NCBI RefSeq assembly: GCF_963921235.1
Contig: NC_086097.1
Span: forward strand, 143,656,001-143,720,000
Reading direction: 5' to 3'
DNA from: Mobula hypostoma
Lineage: Eukaryota
DNA length: 64,000 nt
Shown: positions 1 through 13,984 of the stretch, in pieces
How the letters are laid out: each line of letters begins with the position of its first letter
Numbering within the stretch: position 1 is the first letter of the stretch
Position numbers and translations under genes: made by a program
The notes under the pieces: generated by a model
The model's database searches: none
Told to the model about the DNA's origin: nothing
The model's input: the letters and a program-made list of their open reading frames with translations, nothing else

Positions 1-1530
1 CTGCAGAATCTCAATGTGCTAATGACCAGATAATCTGATTAAATTATTTTGATTTGCTAAGATCAATTTTGGCTATATATTGGGAGAAACTTCTAGCTTG
101 TTAAAGTAGTGTGTTTGGATACTTAAAATGAACTGTGCATTCTGAAGCTGCCCAGTCCTATCCAAAAGATGACATTACCTACCCTTGCACAATACAGTGA
201 AATGTCAGCCTAGATTTAGTGATCAAATTCTTTAGAGCGAAACTTGAGACCGCAACTGTCTGACTCAGTGAATGCCAGGTGACAGATACAGGAAAGGAAA
301 GTATATTAAGCAAGGAAAACTAATGTTACTGAATGGGGATGTCAATTAAATTGTATAGCCTTTGCATTATTTTCAGTTTTCAGATTTCCAGGATCTGCAC
401 TATTTTATTTTATTATTAAATTCTCACTAACGTAGAATGATATTTTAAATATGAACTAAGTTTATCAAGTGCAGAAATGTGTGTAATTTCACACAAGAGT
501 TAGGCAAGTGTATTAAAACTGTGCTCCAGATGCGTTTGATTTGTGAAGGCTTAAAATAGCAAGCTCTAATCCCAAATTTATTTGAAATACATTTCTGTTT
601 GTCAAATACTATGTTTGTATGTATGGCTGCACACGTTCCTTTATCATGCTACTTAAATAATAAATCTGTGAATTCACATGGTAGCATTTTGCAGGAAGAA
701 ATGAATTAAATATTTTGAGGATTATCCCAAACTATCTATCTTGTTAAAGTTATTGAATTATCAGAGAATCCTTAAGGAAAAGCATGATTTGCCAGATAGC
801 GACAACAGTACGAAAATGCTACAGTTCAGACCACAGTACAGCATCAAGCTGTACATGAACTAAGAGAAAAAAGCTGACAAATTGGTTATTTCTTTTTGCC
901 ATCTCCAATTGTAACATAAAATGATCGATGAATTATTCATGCCCCTTAATGAGCAGGGTGTTTTGTAGAACAGTACAAAGTCTGATTTACATGAAATGCA
1001 CCGCGAATTTGAAAATCTAACCTCTTTTCTGAGCTTCAAGCTTTGAGTTAAGTGTCAATCCATTTTCAGATAGAGCTTCTTTACACAGCAGACCATTGTA
1101 AATCCGTGAGTCTTTTCCAATGGATCCACAGAAAACATTTCCTTTGATTTATTTGCAGTCTGCCATTTTCAAATGACTTTGAATATATGGCGTCATTCAT
1201 AGGATGTTCTCAGTTTGTACTGACTCAGCTGCACTTACCAGGTTCCTGAATGTTATAATTACCAGAAGGGAAAAGGAAAATATAGCTAGTTATTTTGCCT
1301 TTGCCAATTATTTGCTAATTTTTGACAGACAGTACGGTATACAGTTTGGGTTTTGGGTATAGAGAGCTTGAGTCATTATTCCATGATCAGATCGCCTTCA
1401 ATACATTATGAATGGCTGATGTTTTGCATGATTATTCTGGTCATATTCTGATTGCTACCTGCTGGGGGAATAACAAGGGCCACTAGGACACAGAAATAGG
1501 ATCTGGTGCTTTCACAAGCAAAAGAACATA

Positions 1531-1868
1531 TACAGATGCTGGAAATCCAAGTGAAGCTCCTTCAATAATTCCAAAAGACTGAAGTAGGGTAAATACTGAA
1601 AGGCTTTTATTTGCTGTACAACACGACTTCCATGTGTCTGCCCCTGGACTGAGGGGGAGGGGCAAGGTGAAATCACCTTTATTCAGGGGTCTGTGGGAGG
1701 AGCCACAGGGGCAGTCAGCAGAGGGGCGTCTCCAGACAGGTAACCCAGTTACAACATATATATGGTTTACCACACCAAGCAACACACACAAAATGCTGGA
1801 GGAGCTCATCAGGAATCTATGGAAAAGAGTACAGTTGGCATTTCGGGCCAGGACACTTCATCAGGATG
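1531..1868 (-). mobile_element. Penelope-like element terminal remnant, split by a solo LTR
   Basis: cagatgctggaaatccaag...caacacacacaaaatgctggagg...tttcgggccaggacacttcatcagga resembles the end of the GIY-YIG element at 53963-54100. Confidence 0.7.
1552..1774 (-). mobile_element. Solo LTR, 223 bp
   Basis: TG...CA termini; 5-bp TSD CCAAG (1547-1551 and 1775-1779); minus-strand AATAAA at 1606-1611 and 1678-1683; the host repeat rejoins when it is removed. Confidence 0.8.
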
Positions 1869-2361
1869 GGCGGTTGCTCACGTTGTCATTTCTTCATTCG
1901 AATTAAAAAAAGATGAAGTTCACTTTCTATTTTGTCTTTCCATTCTATTTGCAATTCCTCTGATAATGAAAATCTGGACACCATTCATGCACAGGCTGAT
2001 GTTGCAAGTGACATTTATATCAAAAAAGTACCATTCATTGACTGTTTCTAACAGGAGATGAGATAACTATGTCTGTATAGTTTCAGTGGCAACATCACCA
2101 TCAACTGTCCCATTGTCACCACCAACCAGTAACATCACCAGCTCCAGGGATAGTGTGGCTATATAAAAAGAGAAGGGGCTTAACATTCTATAGCAAATAA
2201 CTCAGCCCTTCTCTTTCCAAACTAATTTTTATCATTAACAAAGCACAATAGAATCCCATCCATTTATCTGGAAGAGTACAGCTCCAAAAACACTCAAGAA
2301 GTCAATCAAGACAAAGCAGCCCACTAGGTTAGCAAGGCTTCCACTATCTTAACCAGTGACA

Positions 2362-2720
2362 GGTGCAGGATTCTCTAAAGATTAACTTTCAGGTTGAGTC
2401 GGTGATAAGGAAGGCAAATGCAATGTTTGCATTTATTTCGACAGGAGTAGATTATAAAAACAAGGATGTAATGCTGAAGCTGTATCAAGCAATGGTCAGA
2501 CCACATTTGGAGTACTGTGAGCAGCTTTGGGCCCCGTATCTAAGAGAGGATATGTTTGCATTGGAGAGGGTCCAGAGGAGGTTTACAAGAATGATCTCGG
2601 GAATGAAAGAGTTAACGTAAGAGGAGTGTTTGATGGCTCTGGGCCTGTACTCATTGGAGTTTAGAAGAATTTCGGGTGGGGGTGGAAGGGCATTGAAACC
2701 TATCAAATATTGAAAGGCTT
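2362..2720 (+). mobile_element. CR1 LINE ORF2 C-terminal fragment
   Basis: Peptide KANAMFAFIS...LYQAMVRPHLEYCEQLWAPYLREDMFALERVQRRFTRMI. Confidence 0.85.
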
Positions 2721-3295
2721 AGGTATAAGCGTTCACACTCTGTATGAAAATCATGCCTTGCAAATGTTTAAACTTCCTGCATCTCACCTTAAAACTATGC
2801 CCTCTGATAGTTGTCATTTCCACTCTTGGAAATCGACTGACTATCTATCCTATCTATGTCCCTCATAATTTTATATATGTCTCCAAAGTCACTCCTCACC
2901 CTCTAGAGAAAGCGACCCATTTTGTCCAACATCCCTTTATACCTAATACTCACTAATCCTGCCAATGCCCTGATGCACCTCTGCAATGCCTCCATATGCT
3001 CCCTGTAATGTGGTGACCCGAAATGCACACTGTACTCCAAGTGTTCACTGCCAAGATTTCAAACTTATTAACTTTTATACTTAGTACCCTTACTAATAAA
3101 GGCTAGTATGCCATATGCCTTCGATAGCACTGTCTCTCTAGACATAACTAGCATCAATATGTAGAAAATTAGTGCCTGGAAAGAAGCTCAAATTAATTTG
3201 CATCTGACTCAAAGTGGACATATAAATTCGATAAATGCTACATAAATATTACCTCCTTCTCTTTTATTATTATATAGAAAGATAAAAAATGTATA

Positions 3296-4653
3296 CAGTG
3301 CCTATAAAAAGTATTCCCCACCCCCTTGGAAGTTTACATGTTTTATTGTTTTACAATGTTGAATCACAGTGGAATTAATTTGGCTTTTGTGACACTGATC
3401 CACAGTAAAAGACTCTTTTGTGTCAAAGTGAAAACAGATCTCTACAAAGTGATCTAAATTAATTAACAAATATAAAACACAAAATAATTGATTGCATAAA
3501 TATTCACCCCCTTTAATATGATAGACCAAATCATCACTGGTACAGCCAACTGGTTTTAGAAGTCACATAATTAGCTAAATGGAGATCTGTGTGTAGTCAA
3601 AGTGTTTCAATTGATTGTAGTAAAAATACACCTGTTCACTAGAAAGTCCAACTGCTGGTGAGTCAGTATCCTGGCAAAAACTACACCATGAAGACAAAAG
3701 AAGACTCCAAGCAGCTCCGTGAAAAGGTTATTGAAAAGCACAAGTTAAGGGATGGATATAAGAAAATTTCCAAGTCACTGAATATCTCTTGGAGTCAATT
3801 ATCAAGAAATGGAAAGAATATGGCACAGTTGTAAATCTGCCTAGAGCAGGCCGACCTCAAAAATTGAGCAACCCTGCAAGAAGGGGACTAGTGAGGGAGG
3901 CCACCAAGAGACCTATGACAACTCTGGATGAATTATAAGCTTCAGTGGCTGAGATGGGAGAGGCTGTGCATGCAACAACTGTTGCTTGGGTGCTTCACCA
4001 GTTGCACCTTTAAAGGAGAGTGGCAAAGAGAAAGCCACTGTTGAAATCTCAGCTAGAGTTTTCCAGAAGACTTGTGGGAGACTCTGAAATCAACTGGAAG
4101 GAGGTACTATGGTCTGATGAAACAAAAATTGAGATTTTTGGCCATCAGGTTAAATGCTATGTTTGGCATAAGCCAAACACCGCACATCATCAAAAACATG
4201 CCATCCTACCATAAAGCATGGTGGTGGCTGCATCATGCTGTGAGGATGCTTCACTGCAGCGGGCCCTGGAAGGCTTGTGAAGGCAGAGGGTAAAATGAAT
4301 GCAGTAAAACACAGGGAAATGCTGGAGGAAAACCTAATGCAGTCTGTAAGAGAACAGCGACTTGGAAGAAGATTTGTTTTCCAGCAAGAGAATGACCCCA
4401 AGCATAAAGCCAAAGCTACATAGGAATGGCTTAAAAAGAAGAAAGTTATTGTTCTGGAGTGGCCAAGTCAGAGTCCAGACCTCAATCCAACTGAGAATTT
4501 GTGGCTAGACTTGAAAAGGGCTGCTCACTCACGATCCCCATGCAATCTGATAAAGCCTGAGCAGTTTTGTAATGAAGATTGGGGAATAAAAAGGATAAAA
4601 CATAAAACAAATTCCAAGTGGGGGGTTGGCATGAATACTTTTTATAGGTATAT
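3296..4653 (+). mobile_element. Degenerate Tc1/mariner DNA transposon (Passport-like, IR/DR type)
   Basis: TA|CAGTGCCTATAAAAAGTATTC left end; inner direct repeat aaatattcaccccctt at ~3498-3513; ATG at 3688 (MKTKEDSKQLREKVIEKHK); broken-frame motifs [26 protein letters not shown]; right end gaatactttttatagg at 4633-4648. Confidence 0.92.
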
Positions 4654-5194
4654 ACAGTACAGTCATTCTACCATTGCTGACTACAGAAGACGCTATCAAA
4701 TTCTTTTCTCACTTATTTCACTTCTCTCTAGTTTTTTGTTGAACCTTACATGAATAATATAACTATTCCTTCATTTTGCACAATATCTTTCCTGAAGGCA
4801 TTGTCTCCTCACAAATATGTGGTATTGATTCAACAGCTTTGCCATAGGCTTTTGTTCCATGAATATCATTATTAGGGGCTGGCTGGTTTCATTGTTGTAA
4901 CTAGCACAAGGTATTGGGGCTCTGGGAACTGGTACCAAGAACAGTTTTTCCTATCTCCACTTGCATTGGTTAACTCTATGGACATTCAACCTTGTTGTGA
5001 ATTTTATGCTACCAGCTTCATTGCTGCAGGCACTCATTCATAGATGTTGACCTATAGTTCCGCACCATGTTCTGCTGCGATAATTGCCAATGCTCGCACT
5101 GACTCATTGGATCATAGGGTTGATGCAAAGTTAACAAATTTCATGACATAAAATCATATTAAACATGATTCAGATTCTGATTCTCTCTTCCAGG

Positions 5195-7155
5195 GAAGGT
5201 GGGACCTGAACTGGAGGGGGACTAATATCCTGTCAGGAAGGTTCAGAAGTTCTGCTGGGGGTGGGAAGGAGGTTTAAATTAGGGTTGCAGAGGGATGGGA
5301 ACCAGAGTGCCACAACAGATAATGGAGAAGCTGTGGAGACAGATGCTTTTAAGACCTCAGACAAAGTCAAGAATCAAAAGGTTGAGGTGGTCCGAGCAGA
5401 CAAAGTGATGAAGAATCCTAAGGGATTCTGTCTGATATCTTAAATGCAAAAGAATTTCATGGGACAAAATTGGTCCTCTTGAAGATCAGAATGGTAACCT
5501 ATGCTTGGAGCCAAGAGAGATGGGGGAGATTGTAAAGTGAATTTTGGCATTTGTATTTACTCGGGAGATGGGCACGGAGTCTTTAGAAGTCAGGCAAAGC
5601 AGCAACAAGGTCATGGACCCTATACGGGTTACAGAGGAGGAGGTGTTTGCTCTTGAGGCAAATTAGAATGGATAAATCCCCAGGGCCTGACAAGGTGTTC
5701 CCTTGAACCCTGTGGGAGGCAAGTGCAGAAATTGCAGGGGTCCTAGCAGAAATATTTAAATCTTTAGTGACAGGTGAAGTACTGGAGGGTTGGAGGACAG
5801 ATAATGTTGTTCTGCTGTTTAAGAAAGGCTCTAAAAATAAACCAGGAAATTATAGGCAGGTGAGCATGACTTCAGTAGAGAGAAAGTCATTGGAAGGTAA
5901 TCTAAGGGATTGGATGTGTGAGTATTTGGACAGACAAGGACTGATTGGCTTTATGCGTGGTAGGTCATGTCTAACCAATTTTCCAGGAAGATGATGAAGG
6001 TAAGAGTGTAGATGTTGTCTATATGGACTTTAGCAAGGAATTTGTCATGGCCCCACATAGGAGGTTGGTCAAAAATGGTCAGTTGCTTGGCATTCAAGAT
6101 AAGGTAGTAAATTGTATTAGACATTGGCTTTGTAGGGGAAGCCAGAGAGTGGTAGTAGATGATTGCCTTTCTGACTGGAGGCCTGTGACTAGTGGAGTGC
6201 CACAGGGATCGGTGCTGGGTCCATTGTTCTTTGTCATCTATGTCAATGATGATAATGGGTGATAATTTGGTTAACCAAGATTGGGGTATAGTGGACAATG
6301 AAGAAGACTATCAGAGATTGAAGCAGCATTTCAACCAGCTGGAAAAACGGGCTGAAAAATGGCAGTTGGAATTTAATGCAGACAAGTGCGAGATGTTGCA
6401 TTTCAGTAGACCAACCAGGTTAGGTCGTACACAGTGAACGGTAGGGTACTGAGAAATGTGGTAGAACAAAGGGATTAGGGAATTTTGGTCCATAATTCAT
6501 TGAAAGTTGTGGGACAGGTGTTGCCACTTTGGCCTTCATTAGTCAAAGTATTGGGTATCGGAGATGGGATGTTTTGTTGAAGTTATATGAGAGAATGCTG
6601 AGGCCTAATTTGGAGCAGAGTGTGCAGTTTTGGTCACTTACCTGCAAGAAAATAGAAATAAGGTTGAAAAAGAGCAGAGAAAATTTACAAGGATTTCCTG
6701 GCACTGGAGAACCTGAGTTATAAGGAAAAATTGAATAGGTTAGGGCTTTATTTCTTGGAGCATAAGTGATTGAGGGGGCATTTGATAGAGATATACAAAA
6801 TTATGAAGGATATAGATGGAATAAATGCAAGCAGGCTTTTTTCCACTGAGGTAGGATAGGACTTCAACCAGAGGTCATGGGTTAAGGATGAAAGGTGAAA
6901 AGTTTAAAGGGAACATGAAGAGGAACTTCTTCACTCAGAGGGTCATCAGAATGTGGAATGAGCTGCCAGTGCAAGTGGTGCATGCAAGCTTGAACTCATG
7001 TCTAAGAGAAGTCTGGATATGTTCATGATGGTGGTGGTATGGATGGCTATGGTCTGGTGCAGGTCGATGGGAGAAGGCAGTTTAAATGGTTCTGCAGGGG
7101 TGAGATAGGCCAAAGGGCCTGTTTCTGTGCTCTATTTTTCTATGATTCCATGACT
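5195..7155 (+). mobile_element. CR1 LINE, degenerate RT region through 3' UTR
   Basis: Motifs [53 protein letters not shown]; frameshifts; 3' tail gggcctgtttctgtgctct. Confidence 0.9.
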
Positions 7156-8704
7156 CATTGACTTTGACTTTTGTTCCTAAGTGACAGCACTGGGTACTTC
7201 AAGGCAGAGTCAGAGTAGGTCCTACTTCCAATGAAGTTGAATTTTCTAGTACATCCTCTGACTGATGAATGTGTGAACACTGGTTCTGTCTATGTTGCCA
7301 CTAGATACATTGTTGTCCATTCATTAATGGAATGGTGGCCATCATTTTCAAGTTGATAGGGTTGTTTAGAGTGTATATTATGTACTGGCCTTCATTAGTC
7401 AGAGGATTGAGTTCAAGAGACATGAGTAATGTTGCAGCTCTGTAAAACTCTGGTTAGATCGCAGCTAGAGTGGACACAAGGCAAGTCACGTCAGATCCAC
7501 TCTTTCCTCATCACTTTGCAATTTTTCAAGTTTGTTCCCAATCCTCATTTAAAATTTACTTTGAAAACTACCCTTTAGAATCATAAAAACTCATTATTTA
7601 TTTAATTTTCCATCATGCTTTTTTCTTGCTGACTTTCTTAAATATGTGTTCCCAGATAATCGACAATATTGCCAGGGCTTCTTTCCATGAACCCTGTGGA
7701 AACATTTTATGACTTTGAAGCTTTCTACTGAATCTCCCTTTGACCTTCTCTGCTCCAAGGGAATCAATTACATCTTCTTTAAATTTAACACATATCTGAG
7801 GTCCTTCATTCCTGATGTAATTCTAGTAAATCTATGTTGCATGCTTTCCAAAATACAACACTAACCCTGGAAGCTTAAGAAGGTAAGCACATTTAAAGTA
7901 TTTTAAATATTGATGTAAAATAACTTTCTGGGGCCAAGTTGTTGCAAAGCTGCCAGTCTCTGAGTGATTTTGTTGATATAATATTTGGGCCGGTTTTAAC
8001 GCCGCTGTATGTTAGTGGGGAACTTGCAAGCGCAGCAGTCTATCACAGGCGATTGGATCACCTCAGGCTTGTTGACATTTTCTGTTTAGTTTCTTCTGTG
8101 CACTAATTTTAGCAGATTTTTATTTTATTTGTGTTAATTCCACTGATGATGCCGCAATGCATTCCCACTGTGAGATTCATCCAGCCCAGAGACAACAAAT
8201 AACATCCCTACAATATATATATATGTGTGATCAATGAGCATTTTCCCCAAAGAAATAAAACAGATCCATGCTGACAATCAACAGTCATCACTAGGTGACA
8301 CTTTGACACAAGGGCTAAGAGAATCAGTCAGACAATCTGACCTTAAGTGTTGCTTGGCCAGACTGACTAAGCCTGGATTTAGTCCATTTAGACAGTCTGA
8401 CCTTGGGGTTAGTCTGTCCAGATGGTTTGACCTTTATGGTCAGTCCAACCTAACAATCTGTTCCTGTCTCTCCTCCAGTCAAATGGTCTAATGCTGCAGT
8501 TAGCCCATAAAGATGGCCTGATTCTGTGGTCTGTCCACACTGATCATTTCACCCCAGATCCAGTCACATTGTCATCCTACCTGAGCTTTGTTCACTCAGG
8601 TAGTTTCACCTTGGTTTTTTAAAAAAGATGTCTGGCAGATGTGAGATACCATAAAATGTGACTTACTTTCACTCTGGTTTTACAGTTTCTGAGTGAGTGA
8701 TGAG

Positions 8705-9369
8705 GTCAGGCAGTGAAGAAAGCTAATGGCATGTTGGCCTTCATAACAAGAGGAGTTGAATATAGGGGCAAAGAGGTCCTTCTGCAGTTGTACAGGGCCC
8801 TGGTGAGACCACACCTGGAGTATTGTGTACAGTTTTGGTCTCCAAATTTGAGGAAGGACATTCTTGCTATTGAGGGAGTGCAGCGGAGGTTCATGAAGTT
8901 AATTCCCAGGATGGCGGGCCTGTCATATGCTGAAAGATTGGAGTGACTGGGCTTGTATACATTGGAATTTAGAAGGGTGAGAGGGGATCTGATTGAAACA
9001 TATAAGATTATTAAGGGATTGGACATGCTAGAGGCAGGAAACATGTTCCTGATGTTGGGGGAGTCCAGAACCAGAGGCCACAATTTGAGAATAAGGAGTA
9101 GGCCATTTAGAATGGAGTTGAGGAAAAACTTTTTCACCCAGAAAGTTGTAGATCTGTGAAATGCTCTGCCTCAGAAGGCAGTGGAGGCCAATTCTCTGTA
9201 TGCTTTCAAGAAAGAGTTAGATAGAGCTCTTAATGATCGTGGAGTCAAGGCATATGGGGAGAAGGCAGGAACGGGGTACTGACTGTGGATGATCAGCCAT
9301 GATCACAGTGAATGGCGGTGCTGGCTCGAAGGGCCAAATTGCCTACTCCTGCACCTATTGTCTATTGTC
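8705..9369 (+). mobile_element. Young 5'-truncated CR1 LINE
   Basis: KKANGMLAFITRGVEYRGKEVLLQLYRALVRPHLEYCVQFWSP; ends cctactcctgcacctattgtctattgtc (TATTGTC tail). Confidence 0.92.
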
Positions 9370-12300
9370 AATATAGGACCTGAAGATTCTTTCACAGATA
9401 GAGGAAGGAGTGTCTGGCTGGTCAAGTGAGTGGGTGGTTTGAGGCATGGTGTGCTCATTCCAACATTTATGTGGACCCTTTATGTCTTCCGGATGCATGG
9501 CCTCGAACTTCTCAATGCCATCCTAAATGTCGCTTCTTCACACATTGTCATCATGGGCAGATGTTCCCAGGAGTTAACTGGGACGATTTTCACAATGCCC
9601 TAAGCACATCCTTAAACCTTTTTTTCTGCTTGTCCTATAATCTCCTCCTATCACAGTGTTTGGAATTGAGTGTTTTTCTCCTGTGGAAATGTAAATGATG
9701 ATTGAATATAATTAGGTATGTTGTCCTTGGATCGGACACTGACATTCATTCACTTGTCTTTCCACTGAATTTTGGAAGATTTAATGGAGATACCTTTGTG
9801 GTACCTGCTGTAAATACCCTAAGCCTTTTATAAAAAGTATTGAACTATTATTTTAGATGAGAAATTAAATTCTGTTCAGTTGATTGTTAAAGATCTTATG
9901 ACATAGTTTGAACCTATCTATGAAAGATAATTCAATCAGCAGTCACTCCTCAAGCAATAGCACAAGAAGTGGCTGAATTCGTTTCTGATCCTATTTTGAT
10001 GCTGCTTGGTTTACTGAATACTTCTAGCATTTTTTTCTGTTATTATTTCAGATTTCCATCATCTGTAGTTTCATCATCTAATTTCAATGCTGTTTATGAA
10101 ACAATCTCTGTGCAAAGTGGCCTGTTACTTTGACGTTCTGACGGTGAGAGAAGCGTTTTATAGCTTCCAGTTAATTTATTCAAGCAGGGTGAAGATGGAA
10201 GGGGATAAACAATCAACATTTTGGGCCAAGATACTTAATCAGTCTCGGCCTGAAGTAAACTCTTCGAACATCCAACAGAGCAATACAGGCAATTCTTTTG
10301 GAAAATGTGCAGGCAAAATGTTTGCACATGACCCACAATTAAAAAAAAATCTAAATAATTTTCTAGGTGGGATATGCAATAGGTCCCTTTTATATTGCAG
10401 ATCTCTCAGATTGGTGCTCAGTGTAGAGAAAAAGCGTGAAAGCTAATTTCAAAGCAACTATGCTGCTTCTATGATCCATGAAACACACAGTAGAAAGAAT
10501 ATATACAAGAAAAGAGAAAAGATTAAGCAGTATCAATGTCATAGTGCTGTTAAAATCGATTAAGTTGTTCTCTTCGTAAACAAAAAGCATAAATGAAAAT
10601 GGACATTGGGTAATCACTGCTGGAACAGAGCGTATCCTTCAACAGCCCACTTCACCTTGCACATTTGGTTTGTAAGCCAGGCATTTCTTTTAATATAGAG
10701 AAGTCCATTTGGACCATTGATTCAATAATGATGCTCAGAGTAATCAGACTCCCTAAATTATTTCCCTTTAAATCCATCTCACACCAGCCCAATAATTTCT
10801 CAACTGCTACCAATACTTGAGGTAATTATCAGTCGTCAATTAAAGTCACAACCCACATGTTTTTGTGACATGAAACACAGGAGAAACTCACACCATCAGA
10901 GAGAAAATGTGTGTGCTCCACATAGAGAGCACAGGAAGTCAGAAGTGAACCTGGTGAATGGAACTACGCGATTTCACGTTTTCCCTCATCTTGTGTAGAT
11001 TGTGCGAGGGATAATGGGAGAAGATGACACAAGTATCCCAGAATCCTTATTATTCAAATTCTGTGACTTGAGATCTCTAATAGTGATTACGGCCATACTT
11101 TGATTTTATTTGCTATTCATTCTTGATATGCAAAGGTCACTATGATTATCACCCCTAACTGTCCTATGAGGAGTTAATGATTTAGTGACACTGAATGCCA
11201 CTTCTATAGGCAGCTGATAGTCACCACATTGATGTTGATCTGAAGCCACATGAGAACCAAACAATCTGAGGCATCTTTTCTTCCCTGAAGGCAACCATTA
11301 CAGAAATCTGACAGTATTATGGTCATTTTTATTGACATCGACATTTTAGAAGTGAACTAACCAGATGATTGCACCAGATTTTTTTTGCATAGTAGTTTAG
11401 ATGTGTACTTACACACACAAATACCTTGTAAATAAAATATCTACTAATTGAGGGAATAGGAGTCATGTGGAGGTCTATGGGCCCTTGATTCTACTGCACT
11501 ATTTAATATGATCATGGACTGACTGCATTTCCTAGCCTAATCACTCTAGAGTTCTGTAGTTTTGACATCTATCTATTTCATGCTCAACAGCTCTTTGGCA
11601 ATAGAGAACATAAATGTTTCATAACCCACTGAAAAAATAATGTTCCCCTCATTGTTGTCTTGAATGGCTTATCCCACTCAAGTTCTCGATTCCCAGACTA
11701 AGATCAATCTTCTCTCGGTAAACTCTTTAAAATCTCTCTCCATCATCTAAACTGTTTAATCTTCCCTCATTAGCTTTACTTCCAAAGTCTATCTGGTAAC
11801 CTTCACTTCACCTTCTCCAAGGAATGTTTAAAATTCCTTAAATTAAAAAAAGTAAAACTGTAATAAATGTTATAGATGTGGTCTCATCAAAGCACTGTAC
11901 AGCTACTGCAGCACTTTCCTATTTTGTTTATGTCTCCTTGGCAATAAAATCCAACATTCTTTCTGTCTCCTTAATTACATACTTTCTTTGGCTCTTGTAA
12001 AGTCATACAGATCTCACTGTATCCCAATTATCTCATACTATTTAAGTAATATAGTGTTGTTCTATCTTTCAACCAAAATGGATAACTTCATTTTCCACTC
12101 ATTATATTCCACCTGCATACATTTTATCTTTTCTTCACAACTTACTCTTCTATTTATCTTTATCTCAGTAGGAAAACACAGGCCATTACACTTGGCTCCT
12201 TCATCTAAGTTATTTATACAGACTTAAATACCTGAAGCAACGCACCCCTGAAGCAGTTATAATTTTTCAACTTGGAAGTGACCCATTTTCCATCTGTTAA

Positions 12301-13984
12301 CCAATCCTCTGTCCACAGTGTTACGTGTTATCTGCTTCGCTATGAGCCCTTATTAATCATTTACATGACAGCTTATTAAATCCCTTTTGGAAATCCACTC
12401 TTCCGTTATTCTAGAGCAAAAAAAAAAGTGCTTGAGGAACTTTGCAGGCTTGGTGTTATCTGTGAAGGCAGAGGGATAGTCAACTTTTATGGTAGCAGCC
12501 CTATGTCACGAGATAAACATTTAAACTCAGCTTTTTCTACACAGCTAGATATAATCTCAAAGATTTTTTTAATAGATTTGTTAAACATGATTTCAGGAAA
12601 CCTTGTTGATGCTTCCTAATCATATTTGCTCTTCTAAGTGGTCTGATATCACTTCTGTAGTAATCAATGATAGTACTTTCCCAATGATATGTATTAGGTT
12701 TAATAAGCTTGAAGTATCATGTCTTCCTCTCCATTCTTTTTTGGATAGAATTATTTCAACTGCTACTTTCCAGTCTGGAGGAATATTTTTAAAATTGTGA
12801 TACCTTTGTAAGACAACTACTTCCTCTGACTACTGCTATAGTTTTCATGTCTTTTAGATCCTGAGGACTACTGAAGGGGCTCAGGCTGAAATGGCAACTG
12901 TTTATTTCCCTCCATATACGCTACCTGAATTGTTGAGTTCCTCTAGAAATTTCTCTGTCTTGCTCAAGATTTCCAGCATCTGCAGAATCACTTGTGTTTA
13001 TAGTACATTTGCGAAATTGATATTATAATTTAGATTCCTAACTTTTAGACCCTTGTTTACTTTTTGTGTTTATTACTGTGAAATAGATAGTCTTTGTTTA
13101 ACACCCGTGACTATTTTGATTACTAATTCCCCTGCCCCAACTGCTGAAATAAAACATTATATAATTGTGTAAATTTTTTGTACCTAAAGAAACTTTTACA
13201 ATCTGTTTTTAAACTTATTGCCAGTTTATTATAGTTCTCCCTCGATACTAGCTTTATCCTTTGCTGCATTCCAAAATTCTTCCAATTCAGTGTAAGAATA
13301 TAGAATACTGTATACAGAATTCAGTGTACAGAATACAGAATACTGTATTCAGAATACAGTGTATTCTCTGCAAAATTTAAAACCCTTTATTTCAATGTAA
13401 TGTATGTAATTTGAATGGATTGCTTTTCCTATCATGTTTATATTTGGAAATTAAGAAATACTTTATTTCAGCAATGGAATTAAGAAATACTTTATTTATT
13501 CTTAGATTATGAAGACACACAGTCCTCTTTTATTTAGTGTAAATGTTTCCTACCACTTATCTATCATCAAACTTTCGAGTCTAGTTTCCCAACATACTTT
13601 AGCTAACCCACCCTCCCCTTCCATATTTAATTGCCTTTATTTACTTTAGGCTTAGATTTAAGTTTCTTGCTTTCAAACTGAATTTGAAATATTATCAGAT
13701 TATGATCATTGCTCCTCTTGGGTCTTTTATTATATTTTTACTAAATTATCTTTTCTTATTACATATGACAAGTTCTGAAATAACTTGTTTTCCCATGAAG
13801 TCCACAAATTTTGTTCCAGAAAACAATCCTGTGAACTTGACTTCATGGCTACCCTTGCTAATTTGACTTGCTTAGGGTGTGTGAAGGTTACAATTTCCCA
13901 TGAACAATTCATCATCTTTGTTTCAAATCTCTGTAATTTAATAATTGACAACTTATTAAGGGAATAAAGTTTGGCTTAAAATAC

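Noticed and set aside
10087..10446. 119-aa ORF
   Set aside because: No recognisable homology, and its middle is a decayed Penelope-end repeat.
13285..13500. Short local duplications (cagaatac-rich run; aattaagaaatactttattt twice)
   Set aside because: Ordinary slippage duplications within what appears to be a decayed LINE.
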